A stretch of 64,000 bases of DNA, from the NCBI GenBank assembly GCA_963693365.1, contig CAVNZM010000012.1, positions 9,118,001 through 9,182,000 on the forward strand, read 5' to 3'. How positions within the stretch are numbered: position 1 is the stretch's first letter; every line of letters begins with the position of its first letter. This document shows, piece by piece, positions 39,922 to 59,442 of the stretch. The notes under the pieces were generated by a model. The model made no database searches. It was not told the origin of the DNA and saw only the letters and a program-made list of their open reading frames with translations. Origin of the DNA: Amoebidium appalachense (lineage: Eukaryota > Protista > Ichthyosporea). The position numbers were made by a program, and so were the translations under genes.

Positions 39922-40117
39922 GGGGAACCCCAACTAATTGATTTCTCCTTGTAGTCTTTATGGTGTCTCGTAGAGAAAGTAAACCCTGATATATAGTCAC
40001 CACCCGACATCTATGTACGTGATCATGATATACCGCTGAGGGGATATTCCGAGCAAAACCCCCCCCCCCATACCTGAGACTGGTTCTCTTTGCCTCGAGT
40101 AAACAGCGTAAACCCCC
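37552..40117 (+). mobile_element. Young 5'-truncated LINE, copy 1 (RT ORF 37550-39772)
   Basis: GPDGLP, FRPITL, QSAFR, FIDWKTAYDSV, GLLQGSLLSPFLFN, LLYADD, YKYLGV; near-identical to 52739-55296. Confidence 0.95.
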
Positions 40118-40209
40118 ATTCACATTACTGAGTTGATTAAGTTGTGTTTTTTAATCTATTTTTTTTCAACAACTGTCTGCCTATAGCTATTATAACATTA
40201 AAATGTACA

Positions 40210-40246
<37 letters not shown>

Positions 40247-40253
40247 CACGGCC

Positions 40254-40304
<51 letters not shown>

Positions 40305-40869
40305 ACATAGAATTTACCGTCCTCATCCCCGTGTCCCCCTAAACCGGTGTTGGCAGACCTTTGAGGTTTTTGTGATTGGATTGGTAGTTCTATTACATTA
40401 AATTTTTTAAAATGTCGTTGTACCAGTGATATAGTACTTTGTAAAAAAAAATGTCGCCGAATTTCTCTAAAAAAAAGTGCGTTCCATTCTGGGTTAGGAA
40501 CGAAAACCGTTTTGATACGGGAATCACCTGATCTCTCCCGTCATTCAGCCCAGCGTGTTCACAGTAGACTCCGAAACCGCTGGTTTTTTTCTTTTTATTT
40601 CAAAGCCCTGAGTACGTACATCCTCTCGGGCCCAACTTTAGGGCACTATATTTCAATTTTCTCATTATCAAATATATAGTTATTTTAGGCTTTTTCATTA
40701 GAAGAATATTTAGCAATTTTGATGTCATAAAAACAACTAAGCAACGTTTCGATGGTTTTTGATGCCTCACAAAATGGCCTTGGGTCCCCTCCAAATTCCG
40801 GATTTGAGGTCCGGCAAACAACGCAATATATACATAGATAATGCACATGTGTGTATATGTCTGTGTGTG

Positions 40870-40933
<64 letters not shown>

Positions 40934-41036
40934 GTGTGTTTGCGGCGCGTGTGAGTGCTTGTGCGTGTGCAAGCGTGTGTGACTGCCTGTTTTTGCAGAA
41001 GAGCACGGGCACGGCTGTCTCGGCAGGATATTAGCC

Positions 41037-46477
<5,441 letters not shown>

Positions 46478-47754
46478 TCTATTTTTTATCTATGTACAAT
46501 ATGGTAAAGTTCTGGGTTGTATACTTGTTTTAGCTGTGAGAAGGTAGGTTTGCCTTGCTTTGCTTTTTTGTGTTGTTTTGACAAAGGTGTGAGGATTCAT
46601 GAGGAAACGTGCGTGAGTGGAATGTAAACAGATCGTCGGTCAATCGAACGGCGATTTGATTGGCTCACAGGGCACCATCCAAGATGACTGATAAGGGAGG
46701 GGATGCTTGCGAACATGGGAGAAAACGAATGTTTACCTATATATGCTTACCATTAATGTAGCATCAAGAAAACAAGGAAAAACATATGCATTGTTTACAT
46801 TTATTATCCAAGTACCTTTATGTATGATGCCTTGCTTTGTAGCTACCACCGTGAGAAGCTAGCATATCATGTTCGGCTACACGTCACGCTGAGCGGCTTG
46901 GTTCCCCCAATCGGCAACAAGAGGGGTTTTGTCATGTGCACATCAAAGTTCTTTTTTTTTCTTTTTTTCGAATTTCAAACTTCTCCAGTATGGAGACGCT
47001 GAGCGTGTAGAGTTTCCCCTTCCCCATATCTGACAAAAGAATAGAAAAAGGGTTGTCATTTTGATGATTTTTTCGGGGTCTTCTGGGCTTTTCGAGACGA
47101 CACAGAGCACATGTACATGCAATATGAATAAAATTTTGAAAAATTGCACACTGATGAAAAGAGGCCGTAAGTCTCGGGGGGCCTGGCACGCATTTTATCA
47201 GGCTCACAACAACCTTGCCAAATTTAGAAGATTGGAGAGTGGAGCCGGCTGTACAGTAGGAAAAATGGGGACAACTGTGTAGGTTAGCTGTTGTGCACAC
47301 AACTTATTCTTATCCAATACACGTCGTTATTTATGAACCAAGAAAATGCCTGCTTTGATCAACGCCTCCCCTAGTAAGCACCATGCACGTGTACAGCCCC
47401 CCCTCCCACCCTCTCCCTACACAACCCTGGCAGGAACTATTTGTTATGAGGGGATATCTTGATAACGTAAAAAGGTGGGTGGGGGGGGATCTCCTCTTGG
47501 TTCTATTCTTAGAATAAGATTTGGGGGGGGGGGGGGGGGGGGGGGGGGGAGGGGGAGGCTCTGATTTCCCGAGGCTATCTATATATAGCCTAGAAGCCTA
47601 CTATGCACTCTATTGTGCGTAAATGTGTGTGTGCATACCTGTGTGTACGTGAGGACTTGTATACGTGTCAAGGGGTGTGTTTGCGCGTTTGTGTGCGTGT
47701 GTATGTGTGTGTGTGTGTGTGTGTGTGTATGTGGGTGTGTGTGTGGGTGTGTGC

Positions 47755-47893
<139 letters not shown>

Positions 47894-48004
47894 CGTGTGC
47901 ATGCGAATGCGGGCATGCCTATAGTGTGTGTGCGTGTTTGTACAAATACGTGGTGTGTTCAACAGTTTGTGTGTGTGTACATGTATGTGTGTGTTTGTGC
48001 GTGC

Positions 48005-48035
<31 letters not shown>

Positions 48036-48649
48036 TGTGTCGCAATGGGTGCACGCAAAAAACAAAAAGCCATCAGAAGCGAAATTAATTATTAGTGAGG
48101 TTGAACCTTTGAAACGTGAACTTCGAGCCCAAAAACCAAAACACAACAAAAATAGCGTTTTAAAAAGAAAAAAAATTGAAGGGCCAAAAAAGCCAAGTGT
48201 ACAATGTTTGGGTTTTCTGGAGCCTCCGGAACGCACACTTTGAGATTCCATCTACTGCAAGCATGTGCATTGTCAAGCGCATGCATGGCTGGCCAAGCTC
48301 TGGGCAAGTACACACACAGCATAGCAACACGCACTGGTGTCATGCAGTTATACCCTCTCTCGTCTCCCCCCCACCCCGTCTCCTGTGCTCCCCCCCCCCC
48401 CCCCCCCCCAACTTTCCCCCCTCCCCCGGTCCGTCTCCTCTTTCCGTCCCCCCCCCCCCTTCCCCTCTGAGTCCCTCCTTGTCGGGGAACCCTTTTTTGA
48501 ATGGGTTGAAAGGGGTGCTTATGTGTGGACGGAGTGTGGGGAAAGGGGCGCAAGGGGGGGGGGGGGGGGGGGGGAGGATGTCAGTGACCTTATGTGTGTC
48601 AAGTAACACTATGTGGTGTGTGCTTGTGAGCACCGTGTGGTTGTGAATA

Positions 48650-48752
<103 letters not shown>

Positions 48753-48754
48753 GT

Positions 48755-48863
<109 letters not shown>

Positions 48864-50247
48864 CGCAGGCGCGTGTGTCACACGGTGTGTGGCGTGTGCA
48901 ATAACCCGGATCCAAGATATGGCCCAAGTTGAGCGATAATCAATCAAAAACAGTTCTATTCACTGACACAAACAACAACAAACTTTGGAAGAAAAAAAAA
49001 CAGTCGTGGCATGCGATGCACGACCGCAAACACCCCACTGCGTCCCCCCCCCCCCCCCTCCCCCACCCCCCTCCCCCCCCCCCTTTCCTTTTTAGAAACC
49101 GTTCCCACGGCACAGGGGGAAGGGAGGGAGGCGGAAAGAGAGGGGGGGGAGGGGGGGGAGGGGGGGAGGGGGGCCGGGGGTTGACGTTGCCAGGGTCTGG
49201 CAGCATTCTTTTCGCAGCATTACTGGTACGGACCCCCTGTGCTCAACCGTAAATACGACACTTTTGGGTCGTAATTCAACCCCACATTTTGGGGAGAAGG
49301 GGGGGGGGGGGAATGAGGGAGGGAGGGGGGAGGGGGTGTGGGGGTTGGGGGGGGGGGGGGGGGGGAGGGGGGGGGGAGAATAAGACAACGAACCCTACGG
49401 CTGAAGAACCTTAAGGATTTTAACCCTACCGTCGATTTACATGATGATTTGAAAAGTAAGTGACCCCTGTATGTTGTGGGTTGCTGTGTTCTTGCTAAGG
49501 AAAAGAAATGGGCTCCAATATAGTTGGTGCACAGTTTCGAGCCAGTCTAAATGATAATACTCTGCCGGGCCTTTGTGCTGTTTCCAACGCCTGCAGGCTG
49601 AATACTTTTTACAACCTTATATGCCACCCCACCGTGGCTTCACCGGAATAGTCTCCCCAGTTTGATATCAAAAAAAGTGTATATCTCCACATATGATGTC
49701 TATTTGATACGTTATATCTCCACTAAAAATTTGTATGATGTAACTGTTACACCGATTTTATTACATGTATATCTTTGTTGGGTGGAAGTACTGTTGGCCT
49801 TGGTGCCGACAACGCATTACAGCTCACCAACATTTCGTTAATAAACAGCACATTCCCCCCCCCCCGATATCAATTCTGTTCATCCCGACTTGTCAATTTT
49901 TCTGCCGTTTTCTATTAAATCAAATTGAAATTATCCCACAATCAAAGCCGATAAACTATCTACTATAATGCAACCGGGCCACCACTTGCATGATTTGGTG
50001 ACCACCGACACGTGATGCCTTTTGCTGTTGGCTGCTGCCTGGCAGGAATACGCATGGTCCAACCATTCGTCTTTGTGAATTTATCTCACATGGATCAATG
50101 GCTGTGGATAAAATGTCACCGAAATCGCCCGTAAATCTCTGCTAAATGCTGATGTTCAAGTCTCTCTTTGAATCAGTAAAAGGTGTTGAGCCATTATCAC
50201 TAAAATGACCAATTTAGTTGCAGTTGTGGGGTTGGCGGCAGGGGGGG

Positions 50248-50279
<32 letters not shown>

Positions 50280-50638
50280 GGGGGGGGGGGGGGAGTGGTT
50301 ATAAAGATAGCTTTTCGTGATTGCAGGGCCTGAAATGACTTTCATTATGTGAATTTCTGATTGGATCTGGGTCACAAGGTACTAGGGACACTTGAGAAAG
50401 TAATGCGCTGCACAGGCAATTTACATGGTGATACCACAGGTTGGTGATACCCTCCCTCCCCATCCCCCCCCCCCCCCCCCCCTCCCCCCCCGTCCCACTT
50501 TCATTCTCAGCCCCTCCTGCAAACATACTGTCAGCACACCTAACAGTTAACGTTACACACACAGACAAGCACACACGCGCGCGCACGTACACACAAACAC
50601 AAGCACGGCACAAATCACACACGCGTGCGCACGCATGT

Positions 50639-50733
<95 letters not shown>

Positions 50734-51054
50734 TATTCGCGCGCGCGAACACACACGCACACCCCTGTCCCATCATCTCCTATTCTCTCTTCTTGCACTT
50801 GCCAGTTCCTCCTTTTCCAGGCATTCCCTTCGACCGCAACATTTTGCCTTCCCTACTGTCCTTCCATGAACATTATTTTCTCTTACCTTCACGCTTTCCT
50901 TGTGTGCTTCCTAACATCAAACGGGTTAAAGATGAGCTCGGTGTGTGTGGGGGGGGGGGGAGGGGGGAGGGAGGGGGGGGGAGCAGAAAACAGGTGGATC
51001 TGTGGTGTGTATTTCAAGCAGTGTGTGCACCGTGTGGGTGTGTGTGTGTGGGTG

Positions 51055-51103
<49 letters not shown>

Positions 51104-51123
51104 TGCATGTGTTGGCGCGTGTA

Positions 51124-51358
51124 CTACAAACCGAACCTCGATCCAGATATGACCCACCGTGAAGTTGAACGGCTTGGCAAACAAAAAAGTTCTTTTCACT
51201 TTCACAAACTGTTACACAACAACAAACTTTGCGGGGCAAAAAAACCAAAAAAACATTGTTCCTAACAAAAAAACAAAAGAAATATTGCATACACTTGTGT
51301 CATGCAGTGCCGTTCAACTTCACGGTGGGTCATATCTGGATCGAGGTTCGGTTTGTAG
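51124..51358. mobile_element. Tc1/mariner-type MITE, 235 bp
   Basis: Perfect 50-bp TIRs (CTACAAACCGAACCTCGATCCAG...; 51124-51173 and 51309-51358) flanked by TA. A decayed counterpart lies at ~48900-49025. Confidence 0.9.
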
Positions 51359-51374
51359 TACACAAACACCGCAC

Positions 51375-51407
<33 letters not shown>

Positions 51408-51503
51408 TATAAGACGTTCCCACGGGACAGGAGGTGCGCCAAGGAGGGAAGGGGAAAGGGGGGGGGGGGGGAGGGGGGGGGGGAGGGGGGTTGGTTACGT
51501 TCT

Positions 51504-51601
51504 CAGGGCCTGGCGGTTCTTTTTTCACAGCATTACTCGTATTGACCCCCTGTACTTCATCGTAAATACGACACCGAAGTTCGGGTCGTATTGCAACCCC
51601 C

Positions 51602-51653
<52 letters not shown>

Positions 51654-51703
51654 TCGGATATAAAGAACCCTACGGCTGAAGAACCCTGAAATTCTAGGCC
51701 CTA
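51504..51703. mobile_element. ~200-bp foldback (MITE-like) element; copies at 49191-49428 and 58276-58469
   Basis: Ends CAGGGCCT...AGGCCCTA; inner GGTTCTT..CAGC / GCTGAAGAACC; hairpin AATACGAC-ACCGAAGTTCGG-GTCGTATT. No TSD found. Confidence 0.55.
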
Positions 51704-52296
51704 CCCCAGATTTATCGTTCAAATAATTATATGTAAGTGACCCCTGAATGTTGTGGGTGCTGTGTTTTCTAAGGAAAAGAAATGTGGTTCAATATAGTTG
51801 CTGCATTTCGATTCGATCTGAATGAAAATGCTCTGCCGGGCTTCTGTGCTGTTTTCATCACGTTGGCACTTTTACAAACCGCCGTGGCTTCAAAGTTTAT
51901 GATTACTACTAACCAGTTTGCCATCAATTCTGCTGATGCCGACTTGTCAATTTTTCTGCCCCTTTCTATTTGCCAAGTTGTCCCACAATCATAGCCGACA
52001 AACTAGCTGCTATAGTACAGCCACTGGCTACTACTTACATGAGTTGGGTGACCACCCACATATGATGCCTGCTGCTGGCTGCGGCCTGGCAGGAATAGGC
52101 ACGATCTATCCACTCATCCTTGTGATTTTATCTCACATGGAACAATGACTGTGGATAAAATGCCACTGAGGTCGCCCATAATCTCTGCTAAATCACACAG
52201 CCATCGTGTCTTGGTGTATCCATGTAACCCTATATAATAGTATATATATATATAAATATATATAAATATATATATATATATCATATATATATATAT

Positions 52297-54979
52297 CCCA
52301 TGCCCACAACACCGACTGGGGAGTGGCCTTTTGGCCATCAACCATGTCAAAACTCTCTCTCCCTCCTAACCTCTCTAGGTCATCTGACCACTCTCCTATC
52401 CTTTTCCTACCTAAGATCTCCCTTGATCTGCTCCCCCCTCCTCCTCCCACCTTTCGCCTCCGTCTATCCCAGCTTAAGTCACAGTGGGGTAGAGTCGATG
52501 TATGTGTATGCTATGCTACGAAACACCCTATATATATGCGCCTATTAGAATCTGCACAAGCCAGGCCAGATTCACATCTCGTACTAGATACATGCACTAA
52601 CTTTATTGTTGATGATTTGATAGATCTCGGTGATTATGCTGGCGGTGGTAGGAAGGAATATCCCGATGCTCTCTTGTTACCAAACACCACTCCCGCTAGA
52701 CTAGGTGAACCCCTGTCTCAAAAGGAAAGCTTGCGCCGGCTTGCTAGTATGAATCGATTTGGCCCCCCTGCTCGTATTATTGGTGATACCACTGGAGACC
52801 CCCTCATAGACTCTGATAAGTATTTCTCGGAACTGTTTAAAGATAGGACCCCCGCTCAGAAACCTATTGTGTGGCCTGTAGACCCATCTATCCCCATAGA
52901 ATCGATCCTCCCCTTTTTCAGTCCCGATGCCATATGGTCTGTGATATCTAGTTATAGCTCTAGTAAGTCTTGTGGACCTGATGGACTCCCTGCTGGGTTT
53001 CTTAAAATCCTTGTTCCCTCCTACCCACAAAAGGAAAGTGATCGTGCTATTAAACCTGATCTTACTATCATGTTAAGCTCTCTCTTTTCTTGGTGTGTTA
53101 AATGTGGACATGTCCCGTCATCTTGGTTAGATACCTTAGTGATCCCCATAGTTAAGAAGGACTCTGAGGGCCCCATATCATCCTTTCGCCCCATTACACT
53201 AACCCAGGTTGTTCGTAGATTCTTTGAAGCTTGCTTACTTAGGTTATTTGCACATCACCCTAGGTTTCAATCTATTCTTCACATACACCCATGCCAATCC
53301 GCTTTTCGTAAAAACAATTCATGTTATGTTCAAATAATGGCACTGCACGATTCTATGCAAGTTGGTGCACAATATGTTGGCTTTATTGATTGGAAAACTG
53401 CTTACGATTCTGTCTCCCCTGGTCTCCTATGGGAAAAGCTTGCTGCACGGGGTGTACCACACTGCATTGGTGTTCTGTTAGAAGCACTCTTGTCTCAAAC
53501 CTATGGTAGAGCTGTGGTTAATGGGCATCTTTCATATGGTTTTGCTCGTACTAGAGGTCTCTTGCAGGGTTCATTGCTTAGCCCCTTTTTGTTTAACCTA
53601 TTTATAGATGATTTGGCTGTCAAGATTTACGCCGAAAACGATGACCCTATTAATAACTTTCCGCCTGCACTTCTCTATGCTGATGATCTGTCCCTCCTTG
53701 CCCGTACCCCTAGACGCCTGCAAAGATTGTTCGATGTAGTGTCAGAGTGGTGCAAGGCAAACCTTATGATCCTTAACATAGACAAATGTGGTGTTCTTGT
53801 ACCTGATATAGCTAACAATTTACACACATTTACATTATCATCTAAACCTGTACCTATAGTTCCAGAATACAAATATCTTGGTGTTCCGGTTGATTCTGTT
53901 GGTGTTATGTTTCCCCATATGGTCGAAAAGAGGGTAGAGTTGGCTCGTAAGCGGTTAGCTTTCTTCTCGGCTAATATTTTTAAAGACACACCCCTCCATC
54001 CTTCTATTAGACTTACATTTATTCGCACTTTTGTCTTCCCGGCATGTGAATATGGTTTACCCCTTCTCGCCGCTTGGATCAAGAAAGAGAGAACTAGAGC
54101 GCTTAAACCCCTGGCAAATTTCCTTGAAGCAGAAGTTGCCTCCTTTCTATCTAACAACTGTTGTAAACCTGGGCCTGTAACGCTCTCGATATATGGTCTT
54201 GTCCCAATAGCTGCTAGAGTATCCTATCTCGCGCTGAAATTCAATAAGCACATAAGCCGCTTAAAGAAGTATTTGCCCTCCCACCCTCTCTTCTCTATCC
54301 GACCTGTCCCCTCCTCACCTCTCCCCTCTTTCCTCCCCTCTCTCTCCCCTTCTCCCCTGGGCACAAATACAAATAAACCCCGCAATAGTGTGTGTGTGAC
54401 TTTGGACTGCCACTTACTTGTTAAACATGTACACAATCACAAGATAATCACGCAATATAACAAATGGAAAAAGATACCACACGACACTAGACCCGATGAA
54501 AGCATACACCTTGAAAAACTAAGCCTTATGTCTCGTTTTATATATACTGACCGCCTCAACCATATTGCCAAATATGGCACTCGCAAGTGTATAACACCTA
54601 AATACATATTACCTTCCTGTAGAACTGGTCTTTCTCTAGCTGATGGTATTATTGATCAATTACCACGCTTTTACTGTACACGTGCTATACAGTGGAGATC
54701 TAATAAGTATAAGGTGGCATCATTTGCATGCCCAAACAACACACACGCACACCAGTTTAACCGGTCATGTATCGCCAAATGTAGTTTGATAGACCACATA
54801 ATACCGCAACACACACACGTCACATTCACAACAGACACCCAGAAAGATAGCCTACCTGTAAATTACAACATCCTTGATTTTATACTAAACACGCGTAACT
54901 ACGACCTGTTTATTAGATGTATTGATTGGCTTGAGAAACACATCACTACAAAATTATAGCGCACGCGCACACACACACA

Positions 54980-55032
<53 letters not shown>

Positions 55033-55065
55033 CCAGCTGATACCGAGTGTCCCGAGGGGAGCCCC

Positions 55066-55102
<37 letters not shown>

Positions 55103-55296
55103 GGGGAACCCCAACTAATTGATTTCTCCTTGTAGTCTTTATGGTGTCTCGTAGAGAAAGTAAACCCTGATATATAGTCACCACCCGACATCTATGTACG
55201 TGATCATGATATACCGCTGAGGGGATATTCCGAGCAAAACCCCCCCCCCATACCTGAGACTGGTTCTCTTTGCCTCGAGTAAACAGCGTAAACCCC
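52297..55296 (+). mobile_element. Young LINE, copy 2 (end of APE domain + RT; ORF 52323-54959), inserted in a (TA)n tract
   Basis: N-terminal SDHSPI (APE endonuclease C-terminal motif) and a complete RT. Candidate 22-bp low-complexity TSD ATATATATCATATATATATATA at 52274-52295 and 55313-55334. The paralogous site at ~59003 (ACCCTACCACC) is empty. Confidence 0.95.
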
Positions 55297-55877
55297 ATAT
55301 ATATATAACTACATATATATCATATATATATATAGCTACCACCCACAGCAAGTCCCATGCAATGCTCTCTCTTTGCCCCATCACTACTGTACATGTGTTT
55401 GTTGGCAACGCTGATTGTCCAAGTCTCTCTTTAAATCATTAAAAGGCGGTGAGCCATTCTCCCTAAAATGATCAATTCAGTTGCATTTGTGGGGTTGGCG
55501 GCAGGGGGGAGGGTTGGGGGGGGGGGGGGGGGGGGGAGGGGGTTAAAAGATAGCTTTTCGTGATTGCAGAGCCTGAAATGACTTTCATGATGTGAATTTC
55601 TGATTGGATCTGGGTCACAGGGTACTAGGAACACTTGAGACTGTAATGCGCTGCATTACATTTCAATGCACACGGTGGTACCACAGGCTGGTGATACCCT
55701 CCCCTCCCCACCCCCCCCTCGCCCCCTCCTCCTTCCCACGTAAAGTTTCATTCTCAACCCCTCCTGCACACATAATGTAAGCACACCTAGAAGTTCACAC
55801 AAAGACAAGCACACACACGGGCGCACATACACACACATACAAACACACACAATCACACGCGCGCGCGCACACATGCG

Positions 55878-55914
<37 letters not shown>

Positions 55915-58074
55915 ATTCGCGCGGGCGAACCCACATGCCCACCCCAGTCCCCACCATCTCCTATTCTCTCTTCTTGCCCTTGCTTCCTCCTTTTTCAGGC
56001 ATTCCCTTCGACCACAACATTTTGCTTTCCCTTTTGCCCTTCCGTGAACATTTTTTTCTCTTGCCTTCACGCTTTTCTTGTGTGCTTCCTAACTTCAAAC
56101 GGGTTAAAGGTGAGCCCGGTGTGTGTGTGTGTGTTGAGGAGGGGGGGGGGGAACAAGTGGAAGTATGGACTAAAGCAGAGATCCGCTTTGCTGAAAACAA
56201 GTGAAACTGTAGACCCAATGGCCCGTTAGTTAAATTACAACAGAGTATAGTACATAGGTCCCACATGTGAACAACAGCTATGCAATTGTTTTTTGTCAAC
56301 AGTCTTAACTGCCCCCCCGCCTCACACTCACTGTCCACCTCCCACCCCCCCCCCCCCCCTCCCCCAACCTCGACCCCATCTCCCCTTACTGCCCCAAAAC
56401 ACACAAAGACATGGAGGGGGAAAGAAACAACATGCGATTAAGACTGGACTCTGATTAAAAGTGAGATCGGCATCTCTCCCCTGTGTGTGTTTCTGCACAC
56501 ACAGCTTGGTGCGCTCCCCCCCCCCCCCCCCCCTCCCCCCCTCCCCTTCTCCACCTGCAGGTGGCTGTGTGCAGCAACCTGATGGATGGGGAGTGGTTTT
56601 GGGAAATTTCACCCCAGTAGGGGGTCTGTATTGTAAATGTATGTTGCTTTTAGTGTGGTCACAAAGACAAACATTGTGAGGATGACACAAACACATGAGG
56701 GCTATGAGATTCATTTCTGCAGCTGAAGCATATGCCCAGCTGCTCCTTTATCTAGTCACCGTCAACCACGGCCGTGACTGCACCCGATCATTCTGTCCCA
56801 CAATCACACTTGAGAAACCATTCAGTTGAGCATAGCCGGGCTAGCTTTGCATCTACTGGGGTGACCCACCCCGTTGTGTGATGCGAGCTGCTGCAGCATG
56901 ACGATCAGCCCAAGCATTGTCATAGCATCTCACAGCCATGGACATGAGACGGTCACCCAGAACTCTTTGCTGAAAACCAAGTCTATAAGATTCCCCCTGA
57001 GGCTCCCCCCTCGCCCCCCCCCCCCCCCCCCCTCCCACCCCCTCTCCCAACCCACCCACCCACCCATCCAAAAGAAAAGAAAAAGAAAGACACGGAACCA
57101 ACATTATTATATGCAGCTTGAGTCCACAGCCGTGCAAGTTAACCGGATTCATAAAGTCATAATGGGTAGTAATTGAATGACTCACTCGTGTAGTCTGACT
57201 CAACTCGTGTGTTCATAGTTCACGGAAGTTAAGTGTGAGGAAAAAACAAATTATATGCTACTTAATTAAGGTAGGAGAAATGAAAACTGGGGGGGGGGAG
57301 GGGGGGGGGGGGGGGAGGAGGTTAGATGGGGGAAGAATTGCTGTAGTGTGTGTGTAAAAAAAAAATGAAGCAGAATTATTCTTAAAGTTTAAACGTATTT
57401 TGTTTCTTCGTATCTGGTGTCGTATAAGCAGCATTTAATTCTCCCGGCTTCCATGCGGTGATCACGTGTCATGCCATTGGGCCAAGCATCTGTATAATCA
57501 GACATCACCTGCAGGCGGCTCCTTGCACAGAATCAACACTTCAAACATGAAACCAAGTTTCACGTTTAAACATGCTCAGGCTCCGCCGACAGTGTATGAA
57601 GGAAAGCTTGGACAGCAACTCAAACCAAAAACCGAGAAGGAGCAAACGAAAAATGCACACAGACATGCACCATCATGCCGTCCACGATGCAACCATCGTA
57701 AGCTTTGTAACTAATGTAACTGTCTGCACACAGGTATGGCATGTAAATATAACCAGTTATGCAATTTATTATTCTTACTTATTGGTTGTTTCATAACAAC
57801 ATTTTTTTTGCGCGTCAAAACTTCCATATTTGGCAAATCGGTGCGATTTCGCGCGAATTATCGTACGGTCCATGGACGATTTCGTAGACAATATATTGCT
57901 ACATATATCGATCCCCAAAGCGCCCAGGTAAGGATCCCCCCCCCTCCCCCCCCCCCTCCCCCCCCCAACACCTACACACACACACACACACAACCCCTCT
58001 GCCCCTCAACAACCCTACCCTATCCTTACAGGCCGGGTGTCACGTGAGGAATTAGGATCGAAACCAACCGAGTT

Positions 58075-58270
58075 GTTAAGCTACACCTCAAACTATTAAT
58101 ACGAGCCAATGGGAGGGCGCCTTTTCACATGCGCTGCTTCTAGACCAATCAGCTACGCATATCTCCATCAAATCCCCCAAACCCATCCTCCCAATCCCCA
58201 TCCTCGTTCTCTTCACAGTCATAAGTCCCCTCGTTGCTGTCATACCCCCCCTCTTCATCTTCATCTTCAC
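58075..58270 (-). pseudogene. Decayed duplicate of the last exon and 3' flank of the acidic-tail gene
   Basis: Matches ~60965-61160 (GACCAATCAGCTAC, CCTCGTTCTCTTCACAGTCATA, CCCTCGTTGCTGTCATACC); ICVADWS versus VCVADWS. Confidence 0.75.
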
Positions 58271-59408
58271 GTTGTCAGGGTCTGGCAGTTTTTTTTCACA
58301 GCGTTGCTCGTAAACGTATTGACCCCTGTACTTCATCGTAAATACGACACCGAAGTTCGGGTCGTATTGCAACCCCCCCCCCCCCCCCCAAAAAAAAAGG
58401 GGGGGGGGGGGGGGGGGGGGGGATAACGAACCCTACGGCTGAAGAACCCATTTCAGATTCTGGACCCTACCCCCGATTTATCGGTATCATAAAAGTAAGC
58501 GATCTTGTATATTGTGGGTTGCTGTACTCTTGCTAAGCAAAAAAAATGGTTTCAAAATAGTTGGTGCATAATTTCGAACTCGTCCAAATGAAAATACTCT
58601 GCCGGGCCTTTGTGCTGTTTTCAACGCCTGCAGGCTGAATGCTTTTTACAACCTTATATGCCATCCCACCGTGGCTTCACATTTATGAATATATCTACCC
58701 AGTTTGATATCAATCCTGTTCATCCCGACTTGTCAATTTTTCTGCAGTTTTGTATTTGAAATTGTCCCACAATCAAAATCATTAAACCATCTACTCAACC
58801 ACAGCCATGCTACCACTTGCATGATTTGGTGACCACCCACACATGATGCCTGTTTCTGGCTGCTGCCCGCCATCTGGCACTTTTGGTCTTGTGTGGCATG
58901 CCACGGGACTATTTCCTCATGGACATATGGCCGTGGATATGATACGGTCACCCAAATTCTCTGCTGAATACACTGTGAGTGCTTCTCTGTGCGTACCCTG
59001 CAACCCTACCACCATATTGAGTTCCACACAATGCTCTCTCTTTGCCCCATCACCACTGTGTTTTTTGGCAACACTCATGTTCAAGTCTCTCCACTCAGTA
59101 AAAGGCGTTGAGCCAATCTCCCTAAAATGATCAATTAGTTGCATTTGTGGGGTTGCCGAGGGGTTGGGGGGGGGAGGGGGGGGAGAAGGGGGGGGGGGGG
59201 GGGGAGGGAGGGAGGGAGGATTCTACTGGGGTGATGTGTGTGTGGGGGAAGGGGGGAGGGGGGGAGGGGGAAATTCATGTGAATATCTGATTGGATCTGG
59301 GTCACAGGGTACTAGGGACACTTGAGACAGTAATGTGCTGCACACTGGCAGGCAAAAACTTGGTGATACCACAGGTTGGTGATATCCAACCCCCCCCCCC
59401 CCCCCCCC

Positions 59409-59442
<34 letters not shown>

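Noticed and set aside
39848-40117. Hammerhead/HDV ribozyme or telomerase-template RNA in the LINE tail
   Set aside because: CTGA and AAACCC motifs are present, but I could not build a CUGANGA-stem-GAAA core, a nested pseudoknot or a full template repeat by eye.
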